A model generated the notes under the pieces. The model saw only the letters and a program-made list of their open reading frames with translations. It did not search any database and was not told the DNA's origin. From positions 5,387-69,386 of the forward strand of contig DBOL01000029.1 of NCBI GenBank assembly GCA_002299555.1: a stretch of DNA of 64,000 nucleotides. The letters are read 5' to 3'. The DNA is from Candidatus Aminicenantes bacterium UBA647. GTDB lineage: Bacteria > Acidobacteriota > Aminicenantia > UBA2199. Shown piece by piece: positions 10,801-19,338 of the stretch. The position numbers were made by a program, and so were the translations under genes. Positions within the stretch are counted from its first letter, which is position 1. Each line of letters opens with the position of its first letter.

Positions 10801-11222
10801 TGATAAGAACTGAGCGTACTAAACAGCCATTTTGTGTGGTAATGTGTGACATTGATCATTTTAAAAAATTTAATGATACACATGGACATGATTGTGGTGA
10901 TTTTGTTCTTGTTGAAATCTCCAGGCTGATCAAAAAATCCATCAGAAAACAGGATTATGTCGGGAGATGGGGTGGGGAGGAATTTCTTATGGTATACCCT
11001 GAAACAAAGATCACTGGTGGTAAAACCGTTACAGAAAAAGTCAGATCTGTGATCGAGAACACCGTATACAATTATAAGGGCATAGATCTCAATGTAACTG
11101 CTACATTCGGTGTGGCAATGCATTCGAAGGGAAAATCTATTGATGAAGTTATAAAAGAAGCTGATGATGTACTTTATCAGGGAAAACAGCAGGGAAGAAA
11201 TTGTGTTATTGTAAAAAACTAA
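7869..11222 (+). CDS. Sensor diguanylate cyclase: periplasmic two-component-regulator beta-propeller repeats + Y_Y_Y domain, TM helix, GAF-like region, GGDEF domain
   Basis: 1117 aa. N-terminal signal/TM, then many Reg_prop-type repeats (WIGTxNGL..., WIATSRGGLNKL..., WISTSKGLSRYD...), then a Y_Y_Y-like region (YKLEGFDEGWSK...YTFRVKAVNNDG). A TM helix follows (LWFNVLIILAIIGILALLLGF), then a coiled coil. The C-terminal GGDEF domain has an active GGEEF motif and an RxxD I-site (RKQD...GRWGGEEF). Confidence 0.8.
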   Translation: MRIFTYLISILIFCFHLTGLNLKTPLQQSMHTVWTAKDGLPSDSINDILQDRDGYIWIGTFNGLVRFDGINFTTFSKYEDHGFESNSVTALLEGAEGNLWIGTNGEGIARYSDNKFIMFNNSDLKDKVIKSFSIDKSGSLWIGTGNGLLKSDNNGVTSIPLNGMFREKSIEMIYHDREGLLWVSTMEGGVKVFFEEKIKKTPVLNKINNIVITSILKDKHKNTWIGTKNQGLFLMKRGVLSSLEDHKFFRAKTITSILSGVHGCIWIGTDSGLFRYYDDKFHQYSEKNGLSNNQVSKILEDKEGNIWIATSRGGLNKLSEGKFTSLTSKQGLTHDKVNSILQVNDNTYWIGTDGGLSVLNNGIFANLKITDYLKGVRIRHINKDSTGKIWISTYSDLGIVSVFKGRIKNYTTEKGLTSNRCRVSIEDSKGEIWVGTSNGLNLIENNSKIKTFTKRDGLSDNYILSIFEDSRENLWIMTNGGGISILKDGIFKILRVEDGLASNIVFRAYEDSDNVIWISTSKGLSRYDRKNFFNFSEKNGLPEIAIFQVLEDSEGRLWMIAESGIYTINKHALNRIVTGKSQFTKITLYNDHDGLLDSPTPVSWAIRSSKGVNWFPTLMGIASIDTFNIPINKKPPPLLIEMIKVDNKNYSPLQIKVLSPNYKRITFAYTALSYVIPHKVQYVYKLEGFDEGWSKLTTKREVSYTTLPSGEYTFRVKAVNNDGIWNTDDTKVKFRQKPFFYKTLWFNVLIILAIIGILALLLGFRIRTLRKRAEELEKQVAERTAELETTDRIVANINKEINFDKLLNVLLQQTMIMFPQAEKGVIFAYNRLNKMLEPKVTIGDSKNDIFRISISFDEAFDKYVKNGKEYEKGIFIIDEFSKLQHPENLHDIELPESVIAMTIMSGETLEGFFVIGNMSVPDAFTRTDAKKMMRIREHTISAVFKAKSHQKLEEAAIIDPLTRIHNRRKMIEVLENELIRTERTKQPFCVVMCDIDHFKKFNDTHGHDCGDFVLVEISRLIKKSIRKQDYVGRWGGEEFLMVYPETKITGGKTVTEKVRSVIENTVYNYKGIDLNVTATFGVAMHSKGKSIDEVIKEADDVLYQGKQQGRNCVIVKN

Positions 11223-11338
11223 AAATTATTCCTCTTTTTTCAATATTCAAGCACTATTTATAACCAAACTGGTAATGTTAGTTGAAATTCCTGTTAATTT
11301 ATAACAATATATATTAATACACATCTTTGGAGGCTTTA

Positions 11339-11731
11339 ATGAAAAAATTAATATATGTGTTTATAATAATGTCAGTATTTGTAATATCTATGACTAGCTG
11401 TAAGACAAATGATGCTGTAGGTGACGGGACTGAAACTCCGCCGGCAAATACAGTTTATATATATGACAATTTTTTTCAGCCTGCAACACTGACGGTATCC
11501 AGCCCGAATACAATTATTACGTGGGTGAACAAGGGTTCATCCAATCATACTGTAACGGTTGGCTCCCCGAACGCATCAGGAGAATTGTCTGGTGTTCTGC
11601 AGGAGAAATTCAATTCCGGTACACTTGCTCCCGGTTTATCATTCAGCCATACATTTCAATGGGAGGGAAACTGGAACTATTATTGCCAGATCCATCCACA
11701 GATGAGAGCTGAAATTAAAGTAAAGTTTTAA
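11339..11731 (+). CDS. Cupredoxin (type-1 blue copper) lipoprotein, plastocyanin/pseudoazurin-like
   Basis: Signal peptide plus lipobox (ISMTSC). Candidate His ligand in SNHTVTV. C-terminal YYCQIHPQM matches the Cys-x2-His-x2-Met ligand spacing of type-1 copper sites. GGAGG RBS at 11329-11333 favours ATG 11339 over the in-frame TTG at 11327. Confidence 0.55.
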   Translation: MKKLIYVFIIMSVFVISMTSCKTNDAVGDGTETPPANTVYIYDNFFQPATLTVSSPNTIITWVNKGSSNHTVTVGSPNASGELSGVLQEKFNSGTLAPGLSFSHTFQWEGNWNYYCQIHPQMRAEIKVKF

Positions 11732-11749
11732 TGTCCTCCCCAAATAAGC

Positions 11750-11785
11750 TTAGCGGCCGGCAGGGTTACCTATTCCTGCCGGTCG
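11750..11785. terminator. GC-rich hairpin (CCGGCAGG-n10-CCTGCCGG) between the cupredoxin gene and tRNA-fMet; putative terminator without a clear U-tract
   Basis: 8-bp perfect inverted repeat seen directly in the sequence; it stands out as a GC island in AT-rich intergenic DNA. Confidence 0.35.
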
Positions 11786-11878
11786 TTATCAATTCATGCA
11801 AGAGGATGCCTTTGATCTATCTGCAATACAATTTAAGAGAATCATACAGATAGTTTGTTTTTGATGTTTTTAGGAAAT

Positions 11879-11955
<77 letters not shown>

Positions 11956-12006
11956 ATATTTTAGCAGTATATAATATTTACCATTCCTTGTCAAACAGAT
12001 ATTAAT

Positions 12007-12927
12007 TCACTTTTTCTTATTGTTGAGTTTGATTAATTTATCATTTTTCAACTTTGTTGGAAGTTTTTCGAACCCCTCTCCATAAACCTGATGGATGTCC
12101 TGAATTATTACGAACGATCTTTCATCTACTTCTGCAATAAGTCTCCTGATTTCAGGAATGTTTTTTTTCGGTAGAACTGAAGTCAGCATGAATCTCTCTT
12201 TTCCTGAATAGCCTCCAACACCATTGAAAATTGTAAGACCACGACTCAGCTTGGAGAAGAGTGCCCTTTTCATTTTGTCAGGGAAATCAGTAACGATCAT
12301 GATCCTCTGGTTCGCCCGGAGTCCGTTAAGAACCATATCAATAACCTTTATCTCAACATATATAAATATCATAGAATACATTATGTTCTTTATCGGTATA
12401 AAAATAATTGCGGCAGCACTCAGCACAAAGATGTCAATAATAATAAGGGTCCTTCCGATCGGGATCTTTTTTAGTTTCCACAGGATTTGACCCAAACCAT
12501 CAGCACCGCCGGTCGATGCCCCTGCAAAATATATAAGCCCCAGTCCTAATCCTACTGATGCTCCGCCGTAAAATGCTGCAAGCAGAATATCTCCGCTATC
12601 GAGGTTAATACTGAGCTTTAATATTGAGAAGAGATCTATTAGAACATTCATCAATATAGTTGCATAGATCGATTTTGCTCCAAAACCCTTGCCAAGGATC
12701 CGTATAGCAAAAAAGAACACAAATCCGGTAACAACCATTGAAGATAAACCCACTATAGGCAATCCCGTGAGATGTTTAACAATAATGCCAATTCCGGTAA
12801 CACCACCCTCCACCATATCCATTGGAAGTATAAAAACCACATACCCGACTGCCGAGATCACCGCTCCAATTGTTATAAACACCCATTCCCACCAGATCTT
12901 TTTTAGTCTTTTAATTTTTTCACCCAT
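12007..12927 (-). CDS. YitT-family (DUF161/DUF2179) membrane protein
   Basis: 306 aa polytopic membrane protein with a C-terminal soluble DUF2179-like region. Resembles YitT-family proteins. Confidence 0.65.
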   Translation of the reverse strand: MGEKIKRLKKIWWEWVFITIGAVISAVGYVVFILPMDMVEGGVTGIGIIVKHLTGLPIVGLSSMVVTGFVFFFAIRILGKGFGAKSIYATILMNVLIDLFSILKLSINLDSGDILLAAFYGGASVGLGLGLIYFAGASTGGADGLGQILWKLKKIPIGRTLIIIDIFVLSAAAIIFIPIKNIMYSMIFIYVEIKVIDMVLNGLRANQRIMIVTDFPDKMKRALFSKLSRGLTIFNGVGGYSGKERFMLTSVLPKKNIPEIRRLIAEVDERSFVIIQDIHQVYGEGFEKLPTKLKNDKLIKLNNKKK

Positions 12928-13063
12928 TACACACCTCTTAAAAACAGATGGGAATTATAAATTGATATCAGTGTGAAATCAACACAAAATGAAAGATTTT
13001 CAACCATTCTTTGTTATAATCTGTAGAAGGTATTGTTAAACCTATTTTTGCAAGGAGAATTGT

Positions 13064-14086
13064 ATGAAAAAATTAGTATTGTTAATCACTATATCCATGT
13101 TTTTTGTTATATCAATAATTGCTGAAACATTCCCACTGGAGGAGGTCCTGAACCCTGATTCAATTTTTGTAAGCGGCGAAAGGATCTATATCTCAGAGGG
13201 AGCAACAATATATATATACTCAAAGGATAATTTAAATTATTTGGGAAAATTTGGAAAAAAGGGTGAGGGCCCGGGAGAGATAAATGCATCAAGAAGGGGC
13301 GGCTTCTCTTTTAACCTCAACGTTGTTAATGGCAATGTATTTATTCATAACAGGTCCAAGGTGATGTTCTTCGAAAAAAACGGAAAATTTATCCGGGAAA
13401 AAAAGTTGAATGGTGGATTCATCAGAGGGATGATACCGGTTGGCAATAATTTTGCCGCCAGAAGCTTTAAAATCGGAGAAAACAGGACAAGAACTGAGTC
13501 TATTTCGATCTATAACAACAAATTTGTGAAAGTTAAAGAAATAGCCGGGAAGGGCGGGGGTGAATTTACAAGGGGAAGTTTTGTTAAAATTTACTTTGAT
13601 CAGAATATTTTTAATATGAAAAGCCGGGGAAATGTACTTTATCTTAATAATTCTAAAGAGTTTGTTATTAATAAATATAATGAAAACGGGAAGAAATTAA
13701 CTCCTTTGAAGATTGATTATAAATTAATCAAAATTTCAGGAAGCAAAAAGGCTGAAATAAAAAACTACTACAAAAATGAATCAAGATTCAGTGATTTCTG
13801 GGAAAGGATAAAGGATATGTTTGCTGTTGCGGATCAATATCCGGCGATAAAAAATTTTTTTATTACTGATAATAGAATTTATGTTCATACTTTTAAGAGA
13901 GCCAGCTCCGGAGATGAATTCTATATTCTCGATAAGTCTGGAAAGATAATCCAGAAAAAGATCATTCCGGTTGCTATAAGTAATATAATCGAAGATTATC
14001 CTTATTTTATTGAAAATGGAAAATTTTATAACCTGGTGGAAAACGAAGATGAAGAAGAGTGGGAATTGATAGTCTCAACAATATAA
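13064..14086 (+). CDS. Hypothetical secreted protein, possibly beta-propeller (GxGPGE motif)
   Basis: 340 aa with a signal peptide. GEGPGE is reminiscent of NHL/6-bladed beta-propeller lipoprotein families. Otherwise unassigned. Confidence 0.4.
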   Translation: MKKLVLLITISMFFVISIIAETFPLEEVLNPDSIFVSGERIYISEGATIYIYSKDNLNYLGKFGKKGEGPGEINASRRGGFSFNLNVVNGNVFIHNRSKVMFFEKNGKFIREKKLNGGFIRGMIPVGNNFAARSFKIGENRTRTESISIYNNKFVKVKEIAGKGGGEFTRGSFVKIYFDQNIFNMKSRGNVLYLNNSKEFVINKYNENGKKLTPLKIDYKLIKISGSKKAEIKNYYKNESRFSDFWERIKDMFAVADQYPAIKNFFITDNRIYVHTFKRASSGDEFYILDKSGKIIQKKIIPVAISNIIEDYPYFIENGKFYNLVENEDEEEWELIVSTI

Positions 14087-14099
14087 TATGTAAATAATG

Positions 14100-15707
14100 T
14101 TAAAGGCTTAGCCCCTTGAATTTTTTAGCAGCTCCGATAAAAGATATGAAAAGAGGATGAGGATTCATTGGCCTGGATTTTAATTCAGGATGAAACTGAC
14201 ACCCGATGAACCAGGGGTGACCCTTCAACTCTATCATTTCCACGAGATTACGCTCTTTATTTTTTCCTGAAATTACCATCCCGTTTGATTCCAGCACTTC
14301 TTCAAATTCAGGATTAAACTCATACCTGTGCCTGTGCCTCTCCATTATTTTCTCATCCTTATAAATGTCTCTGCAGAGTGTACCCTCTTTAAGAGAACAT
14401 GAGAACTGCCCAAGCCTCATGTTGTGCCCCATCTTTTCAATTCCAATAAGTTCTTTAAGTTTTAAAAATATTCTTTGATCAGTGGATTTATCAAATTCAG
14501 CGGAGTGTGCATTTTTCAGACCGGCAACATTTCTTACAAACTCAACAGACGCGGTCTGCATTCCAAGACAAATCCCAAAATAAGGAATATTCTTGATCCT
14601 GGCATGCTCTACGGCCTTTATCATACCTTCTATTCCCCTGATCCCGAATCCCCCCGGAACAAGAATCCCGTCAGAATTTTCAAATCTTTTCTCCAGATCA
14701 TCATCCAATAAAGTGTCAGATTCAATCAGGTCAAACTTCACCTTTATGTTATTTTCTACTCCGCCATGAAATAATGCTTCGAAAAGACTTTTATATGAAT
14801 CACTTAAACTCACATACTTTCCCACTATACTAATCGTTACTTCGTTTTCAAGACTGTAAATCTTATCTACCCACTTTTTCCAGGAAGATGAATCATCCTT
14901 TTTCATCTTCAGGTCGAGCTTTTTCAATAAAAGATCTCCCATCCCTTCTTCCTTAAAAACAAGAGGTATTTTATAAATTGTATCTACATCGTTTGCACTC
15001 ACAACATCTTCATATTTTACATTTGTGAACAGAGCTATCTTTTCCTTAATTTCCTCAGGAAGAGGTATTTCTGCTCTGCATAGCAATATGTCTGGTTGAA
15101 TACCGATCTCTCTTAAAGCCTTAACGCTGTGCTGAGTCGGTTTGGTTTTTAATTCTCCTGCTGTTTTTATAAATGGAACAAGAGTCAAATGTATAAACAG
15201 GGAGTCATTATCTTCAGAGGAAAGTCCGATCTGTCTTATCGCTTCAAGGAACGGAAGGCTTTCAATATCTCCCACAGTACCACCAATTTCAATTATTATT
15301 ACATCATACTTTCCATCAAGAGAAGTAATCGCGCTTTTTATCTCGTCAGTCACATGAGGGATTACCTGGACAGTTTTTCCGAGATAGTCTCCGCGCCTCT
15401 CTTTTTCAATAACGCTGTAGTATATCTTTCCTGCTGTCCAGTTGTTCTTCTGTGAAGTAATGGTTTTTGTAAATCTTTCATAGTGTCCAAGATCGAGATC
15501 TGTTTCAGCCCCATCATCAGTAACAAATACCTCACCATGCTGAAGCGGGCTCATTGTTCCAGGATCAACATTTAAATAAGGATCAAGTTTAACAATTGTG
15601 ATATGGTATCCATAGGATTCAAGTATATTTCCAATAGATGCTGCTGCAACTCCTTTTCCCAACGACGAAAGCACTCCTCCGGTTACAAAAATATACTTAG
15701 TTTTCAA
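14100..15707 (-). CDS. pyrG: CTP synthase
   Basis: 535 aa. N-terminal synthetase domain (VTGGVLSSLGKGVAAASIG) and C-terminal glutamine amidotransferase domain (GICLGMQ, HRHRYEFN). Confidence 0.95.
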   Translation of the reverse strand: MKTKYIFVTGGVLSSLGKGVAAASIGNILESYGYHITIVKLDPYLNVDPGTMSPLQHGEVFVTDDGAETDLDLGHYERFTKTITSQKNNWTAGKIYYSVIEKERRGDYLGKTVQVIPHVTDEIKSAITSLDGKYDVIIIEIGGTVGDIESLPFLEAIRQIGLSSEDNDSLFIHLTLVPFIKTAGELKTKPTQHSVKALREIGIQPDILLCRAEIPLPEEIKEKIALFTNVKYEDVVSANDVDTIYKIPLVFKEEGMGDLLLKKLDLKMKKDDSSSWKKWVDKIYSLENEVTISIVGKYVSLSDSYKSLFEALFHGGVENNIKVKFDLIESDTLLDDDLEKRFENSDGILVPGGFGIRGIEGMIKAVEHARIKNIPYFGICLGMQTASVEFVRNVAGLKNAHSAEFDKSTDQRIFLKLKELIGIEKMGHNMRLGQFSCSLKEGTLCRDIYKDEKIMERHRHRYEFNPEFEEVLESNGMVISGKNKERNLVEMIELKGHPWFIGCQFHPELKSRPMNPHPLFISFIGAAKKFKGLSL

Positions 15708-15710
15708 TTT

Positions 15711-16433
15711 TCATTCCTTTAAAATTTTTTCTATTTTATATATATCTTCAGGAACATCAACCCCGATTGATCTATAATCAGTTTTTATTACAAAAATATT
15801 TATCCCATTTTCAAGAAATCTTAATTGTTCAAGTCTTTCCATTTTTTCCATTTTTGACAGAGGAAGATTAAAAAATGATGAAAGGGCATCCCTTGTATAT
15901 CCATATATTCCGATATGATGATAAAAGCCGTCAAAGCCGGAAATCTGCTGGCTCGGTATTGGTGATCTTGAAAAATACAAAGCATTTCCATCTGAATCAA
16001 AAACACTTTTCACAACATTTACAGAATTGAAATCCTCAATTGATTTGTTGAAATATGCTGCAGTCACAACAGGATCCCTGCCTTTCTCTAATCTGTCATA
16101 TATTTCAGATATAAGTTCTTCAGAGATCAGAGGTTCATCTCCCTGAATATTTATGGCCGAATCAAAATTGTTTTCCTTTAGAACTTCCCATACCCTTTCT
16201 GTTCCGGAAGAACACCCGGGGGAGGTCATAACAACATTTCCATTAAAGCTTTGTACTTCTTCTACAATCAGATTGCTATCGGTAGCAACAATGATCTCGT
16301 CAAACTTTTCCACTTTGGCAACCTGCCTGTACACCCGTTCGATCATTGAGATACCGGCAATTTGTGCCAGAGGCTTCCCCCTAAATCTTGATGATTCATA
16401 TCTGGCTGGAATTATTGCCCCGATTTTCATCAA
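15711..16433 (-). CDS. kdsB: 3-deoxy-manno-octulosonate cytidylyltransferase (CMP-Kdo synthetase)
   Basis: 240 aa, MMKIGAIIPARYESSRFRGKPL..., nucleotidyltransferase fold. Immediately downstream of pyrG, a common pairing that supplies CTP. Confidence 0.85.
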   Translation of the reverse strand: MMKIGAIIPARYESSRFRGKPLAQIAGISMIERVYRQVAKVEKFDEIIVATDSNLIVEEVQSFNGNVVMTSPGCSSGTERVWEVLKENNFDSAINIQGDEPLISEELISEIYDRLEKGRDPVVTAAYFNKSIEDFNSVNVVKSVFDSDGNALYFSRSPIPSQQISGFDGFYHHIGIYGYTRDALSSFFNLPLSKMEKMERLEQLRFLENGINIFVIKTDYRSIGVDVPEDIYKIEKILKE

Positions 16434-16834
16434 AATTTCTGATCTTTATCTGTTTTTTCTTCCATTACTTTAGGCTTTGATTCAAGCACTTTCAGCTCCA
16501 TTTGACAAGAACCCTGGAAGAAAGCACCATCCTCGACAATAAGCTTTGGAGTTATTATTTCTCCGGTAACCCTTCCCAGTGAATATATTTCCACCTTTTC
16601 GCTGGCTTTCAATGTTCCATTTACATTACCATTAACTGAAATATTTGCGACATCAATATCTGCCTCAACCATCCCGCCCTCACCTACAATAAGTGCATTT
16701 CCAGATAAAATTTTGCCCTTAAAAGTTCCATCTATTCTGAATGAATCAGTAAATTTAATATCACCTGTCATCTCTGTATCGCTATCAATAAAGCCATTAA
16801 CTTTCCCAATTACTTCATTTTTTTGCATACTCAC
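16430..16834 (-). CDS. Bactofilin (DUF583 polymer-forming cytoskeletal protein)
   Basis: 134 aa of repetitive beta-helix segments (IDGTFKGKI..., VEADIDVANISVNGNVNGTLKA...). Overlaps the parB stop by 4 nt. Confidence 0.75.
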   Translation of the reverse strand: MSMQKNEVIGKVNGFIDSDTEMTGDIKFTDSFRIDGTFKGKILSGNALIVGEGGMVEADIDVANISVNGNVNGTLKASEKVEIYSLGRVTGEIITPKLIVEDGAFFQGSCQMELKVLESKPKVMEEKTDKDQKF

Positions 16835-17688
16835 TCCTTTGTTATAACATTATGAATTCTTTCATACTCATCAAGACTGCTAAAATAAACTACAATTTTC
16901 CCACTTCCATCCTTTTTATAAATAAGATTTACTTTTGATGAAAATATTTTCGAGAGGCTTTCTTCTGCTTTTCTAAGATCCGGATCCTGTTCAACTTTAG
17001 CAATGCTTCCAGATTCAGAAACAGGTTTTTCATTTGTTTTCTTTACAAGTTTCTCGGTCTCTCTTACAGACAATTTTCCTTTTAGTATTATTGACATTAC
17101 ATCAAGAATGGCATCATCATTTTCAAGGCCCAACAATGCTCTTGCATGGCCCTGGGATATTTCACCTGAAATTATGCTCTGTTTCACTGCTTCAGGAAGC
17201 TTTAACAACCTGAGATAATTTGTCACTGTTGTTCTTTTCATCCCGACTTTAACAGCAGCTTCTTCTTGATTTAGTTTGTTTTTTTCGATTATCAGATTTA
17301 TCCCTTCGGCTATCTCTACAGCATTCAAATCTTCACGCTGTACATTTTCCACAAGCGCTGCAACCATCACCTCTTTTGGAGTTACATCTTTTATAATTGC
17401 AGGAATTTTCTCCCATTTAAGCTGTTGAGCTGACCGCCATCTCCGTTCACCTACAAGAAGAAAGTACTTGTTATGATCCCGATAAAGAACTATGGGCTGG
17501 ATCATCCCGTTCTCTTTAAGTGATGCGGCCAGTTCAAGTATTTTTTCTTTTTTAAATTTCTTCCGGGGCTGATAAGGATTTGGATAAATATTATCTATAT
17601 CAACTTCTATAAAATCTCCACTTTCATTAAGGTTTGGCTTGTTTGCTATTATCGCTTCAATCCCTTTCCCTAAAACACGTCTCTTCAT
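16831..17688 (-). CDS. parB: Chromosome partitioning protein ParB
   Basis: 285 aa with the ParB box LVGERRWRSAQ and an HTH region. Confidence 0.9.
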   Translation of the reverse strand: MKRRVLGKGIEAIIANKPNLNESGDFIEVDIDNIYPNPYQPRKKFKKEKILELAASLKENGMIQPIVLYRDHNKYFLLVGERRWRSAQQLKWEKIPAIIKDVTPKEVMVAALVENVQREDLNAVEIAEGINLIIEKNKLNQEEAAVKVGMKRTTVTNYLRLLKLPEAVKQSIISGEISQGHARALLGLENDDAILDVMSIILKGKLSVRETEKLVKKTNEKPVSESGSIAKVEQDPDLRKAEESLSKIFSSKVNLIYKKDGSGKIVVYFSSLDEYERIHNVITKE

Positions 17689-18470
17689 TAGCCCAAAATC
17701 TCCTTAGCCAACGCCATATAAGCTTTGGAACCGGCTGATTTTATTTCATACAACTGAATAGGTTTCCCAAAACTCGGAGCTTCCGAGAGTCTCACATTTC
17801 TTGGGATTATAGATTTATAAACCTTTGTTTTGAAAAAAGCTCTTATCTCTTCTTCTACCTGCTTTGAAAGATTTGTCCTCTCATCAAACATCGTGATAAG
17901 GATCCCCTCAATTTCGAGATCTTTATTAAAACCATCTTGAATACGTTCGATAGTATCATTCAGGTCGGAAAGACCTTCAAGTGCATAATACTCAGACTGA
18001 ATAGGTATAAGAACCGAATCACAGGCAGTCAAAGAATTGATCGTAAGAAGACCGAGTGATGGAGGTGAATCAATAATGATAAAGTCGAACTCATCTTTAA
18101 TGTCTTCAAGTGATTTTTTCAGATACAAATGATTTTCATCAAGTTCTGAAACCTCCATTTCAAATCTTGCCAGATTTCTTGAAGAAGGAATTATCTTGAA
18201 AAATGGCAGCTCGGTGTCAATTATTGAATCCCTCACAGAGCAATTATCAGAAAGAACATTATAAATATCTTTTTCAATGATAGTTCTGTCCAGGCCCATA
18301 CCTGTAGTTGAGTTTGCCTGCGGATCAAGGTCAAGCAATAGAATGCGCTTTTCTGCAATAGCCAGAGAAGCACCCAGATTGATAGCGGTAGTTGTTTTTC
18401 CAACTCCACCTTTTTGATTTGCAATTGTTATTATTTTACCCATTTCCCCTCTATGTTTCACGTGAAACAT
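17688..18470 (-). CDS. parA: Chromosome partitioning ATPase ParA/Soj
   Basis: 260 aa with the deviant Walker A motif KGGVGKTTTAINL. Confidence 0.9.
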   Translation of the reverse strand: MFHVKHRGEMGKIITIANQKGGVGKTTTAINLGASLAIAEKRILLLDLDPQANSTTGMGLDRTIIEKDIYNVLSDNCSVRDSIIDTELPFFKIIPSSRNLARFEMEVSELDENHLYLKKSLEDIKDEFDFIIIDSPPSLGLLTINSLTACDSVLIPIQSEYYALEGLSDLNDTIERIQDGFNKDLEIEGILITMFDERTNLSKQVEEEIRAFFKTKVYKSIIPRNVRLSEAPSFGKPIQLYEIKSAGSKAYMALAKEILG

Positions 18471-19029
18471 TTGTTATGTGTATTATTTTCAGGTTATCCC
18501 GAAAGGGTACATTATAGATATTTTGCTTTAACTTTTCTATCCCTTCGGTCATTTTTTTTATTTTGGCTAGTGATGTTATAACTAAAAGTTCTTTTACGAT
18601 CTTCTTCTTTACATAAGTTGTGAGCCTTGTGTTATCTGGAAATCCCCTTGCTATAACTGAAAACTTTCTCCTTTCTCTCCCCTTTAAGAACTCTTCTATA
18701 CCAGATCTGACAACTTCTGCATTTTTTAAATTCAATTTACTTATTGTAAAAGAGAGGAATTCGGACTTTTTTTTCCTGGGTTCTACAAGAAAAATCTTTT
18801 TATCCGGATTAAGTATTGCTATCGGAATACCCAGGATGCCATTTCCGCTGCCTGCATCAATTATTGTGTTTTCTGAAATGTACCTTTCCATAAGAATAGT
18901 TTCTTCTATCAGCGTGTTGAGTTGTTCCTCTGTTATTCCCTTTGACATCACGTTGATATTTTTGCTGTATTCAGTAAGGGTTGAGATAAACAACCTTAAT
19001 GTTTTGTCAGTAAGTTTGGACTGATCCAA
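18451..19029 (-). CDS. rsmG: 16S rRNA (guanine527-N7)-methyltransferase
   Basis: 192 aa SAM-dependent methyltransferase (IIDAGSGNGILGIPIAI). Canonical rsmG-parA-parB order. Confidence 0.8.
   Translation of the reverse strand: MDQSKLTDKTLRLFISTLTEYSKNINVMSKGITEEQLNTLIEETILMERYISENTIIDAGSGNGILGIPIAILNPDKKIFLVEPRKKKSEFLSFTISKLNLKNAEVVRSGIEEFLKGRERRKFSVIARGFPDNTRLTTYVKKKIVKELLVITSLAKIKKMTEGIEKLKQNIYNVPFRDNLKIIHITNVSRET
18454..18469. promoter_or_regulatory. parS centromere site TGTTTCACGTGAAACA (perfect 16-bp palindrome)
   Basis: Exact match to the canonical ParB-binding parS consensus, located at the rsmG/parA junction. Confidence 0.75.
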
Positions 19030-19338
19030 ATGTTCTCCCTTATTCTATATAAAATACTTTGTTCAATTCTTGGTTTTAACAAAAATAAAGTATGAAACTG
19101 ATAACATCCATACAAAACCAACTATTGGCAGATATCTATCGAAATCTATTATAAGCAGAAATGGAGTAAATACAAGAACTACGATTATTATTACTACAAC
19201 AATTTTTATTATTATCTTTTTCATTCAAAAATCACAATAAAATTATATCACTAATAATAATAAAAAAGCATTTTTTGTGTTGACACGGAATATCAATTTA
19301 ATTAATATTGAACAATGACTTCATACAAGTGTGAGATT

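Noticed and set aside
10362-11123. 253-aa minus-strand ORF inside the diguanylate cyclase gene. Similar long antisense ORFs occur at 35816-36301, 37341-37883 and 27534-28076.
   Set aside because: Each lies entirely antisense to a gene with strong, motif-verified homology (GGDEF, ACAD, IcmF, GyrA). Their translations are low-complexity Ser/Phe/Ile-rich, typical of antisense frames in AT-rich DNA. Treated as spurious.
19063-19224. 53-aa minus-strand ORF MKKIIIKIVVVIIIVVLVFTPFLLIIDFDRYLPIVGFVWMLSVSYFIFVKTKN in the rsmG-dnaA spacer, resembling a two-helix membrane peptide
   Set aside because: The spacer is extremely AT-rich, so Ile/Lys/Phe/Val-rich ORFs arise by chance. There is no convincing RBS and it falls in the probable origin/promoter region. 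Not called as a gene, though ribosome profiling could revisit it.
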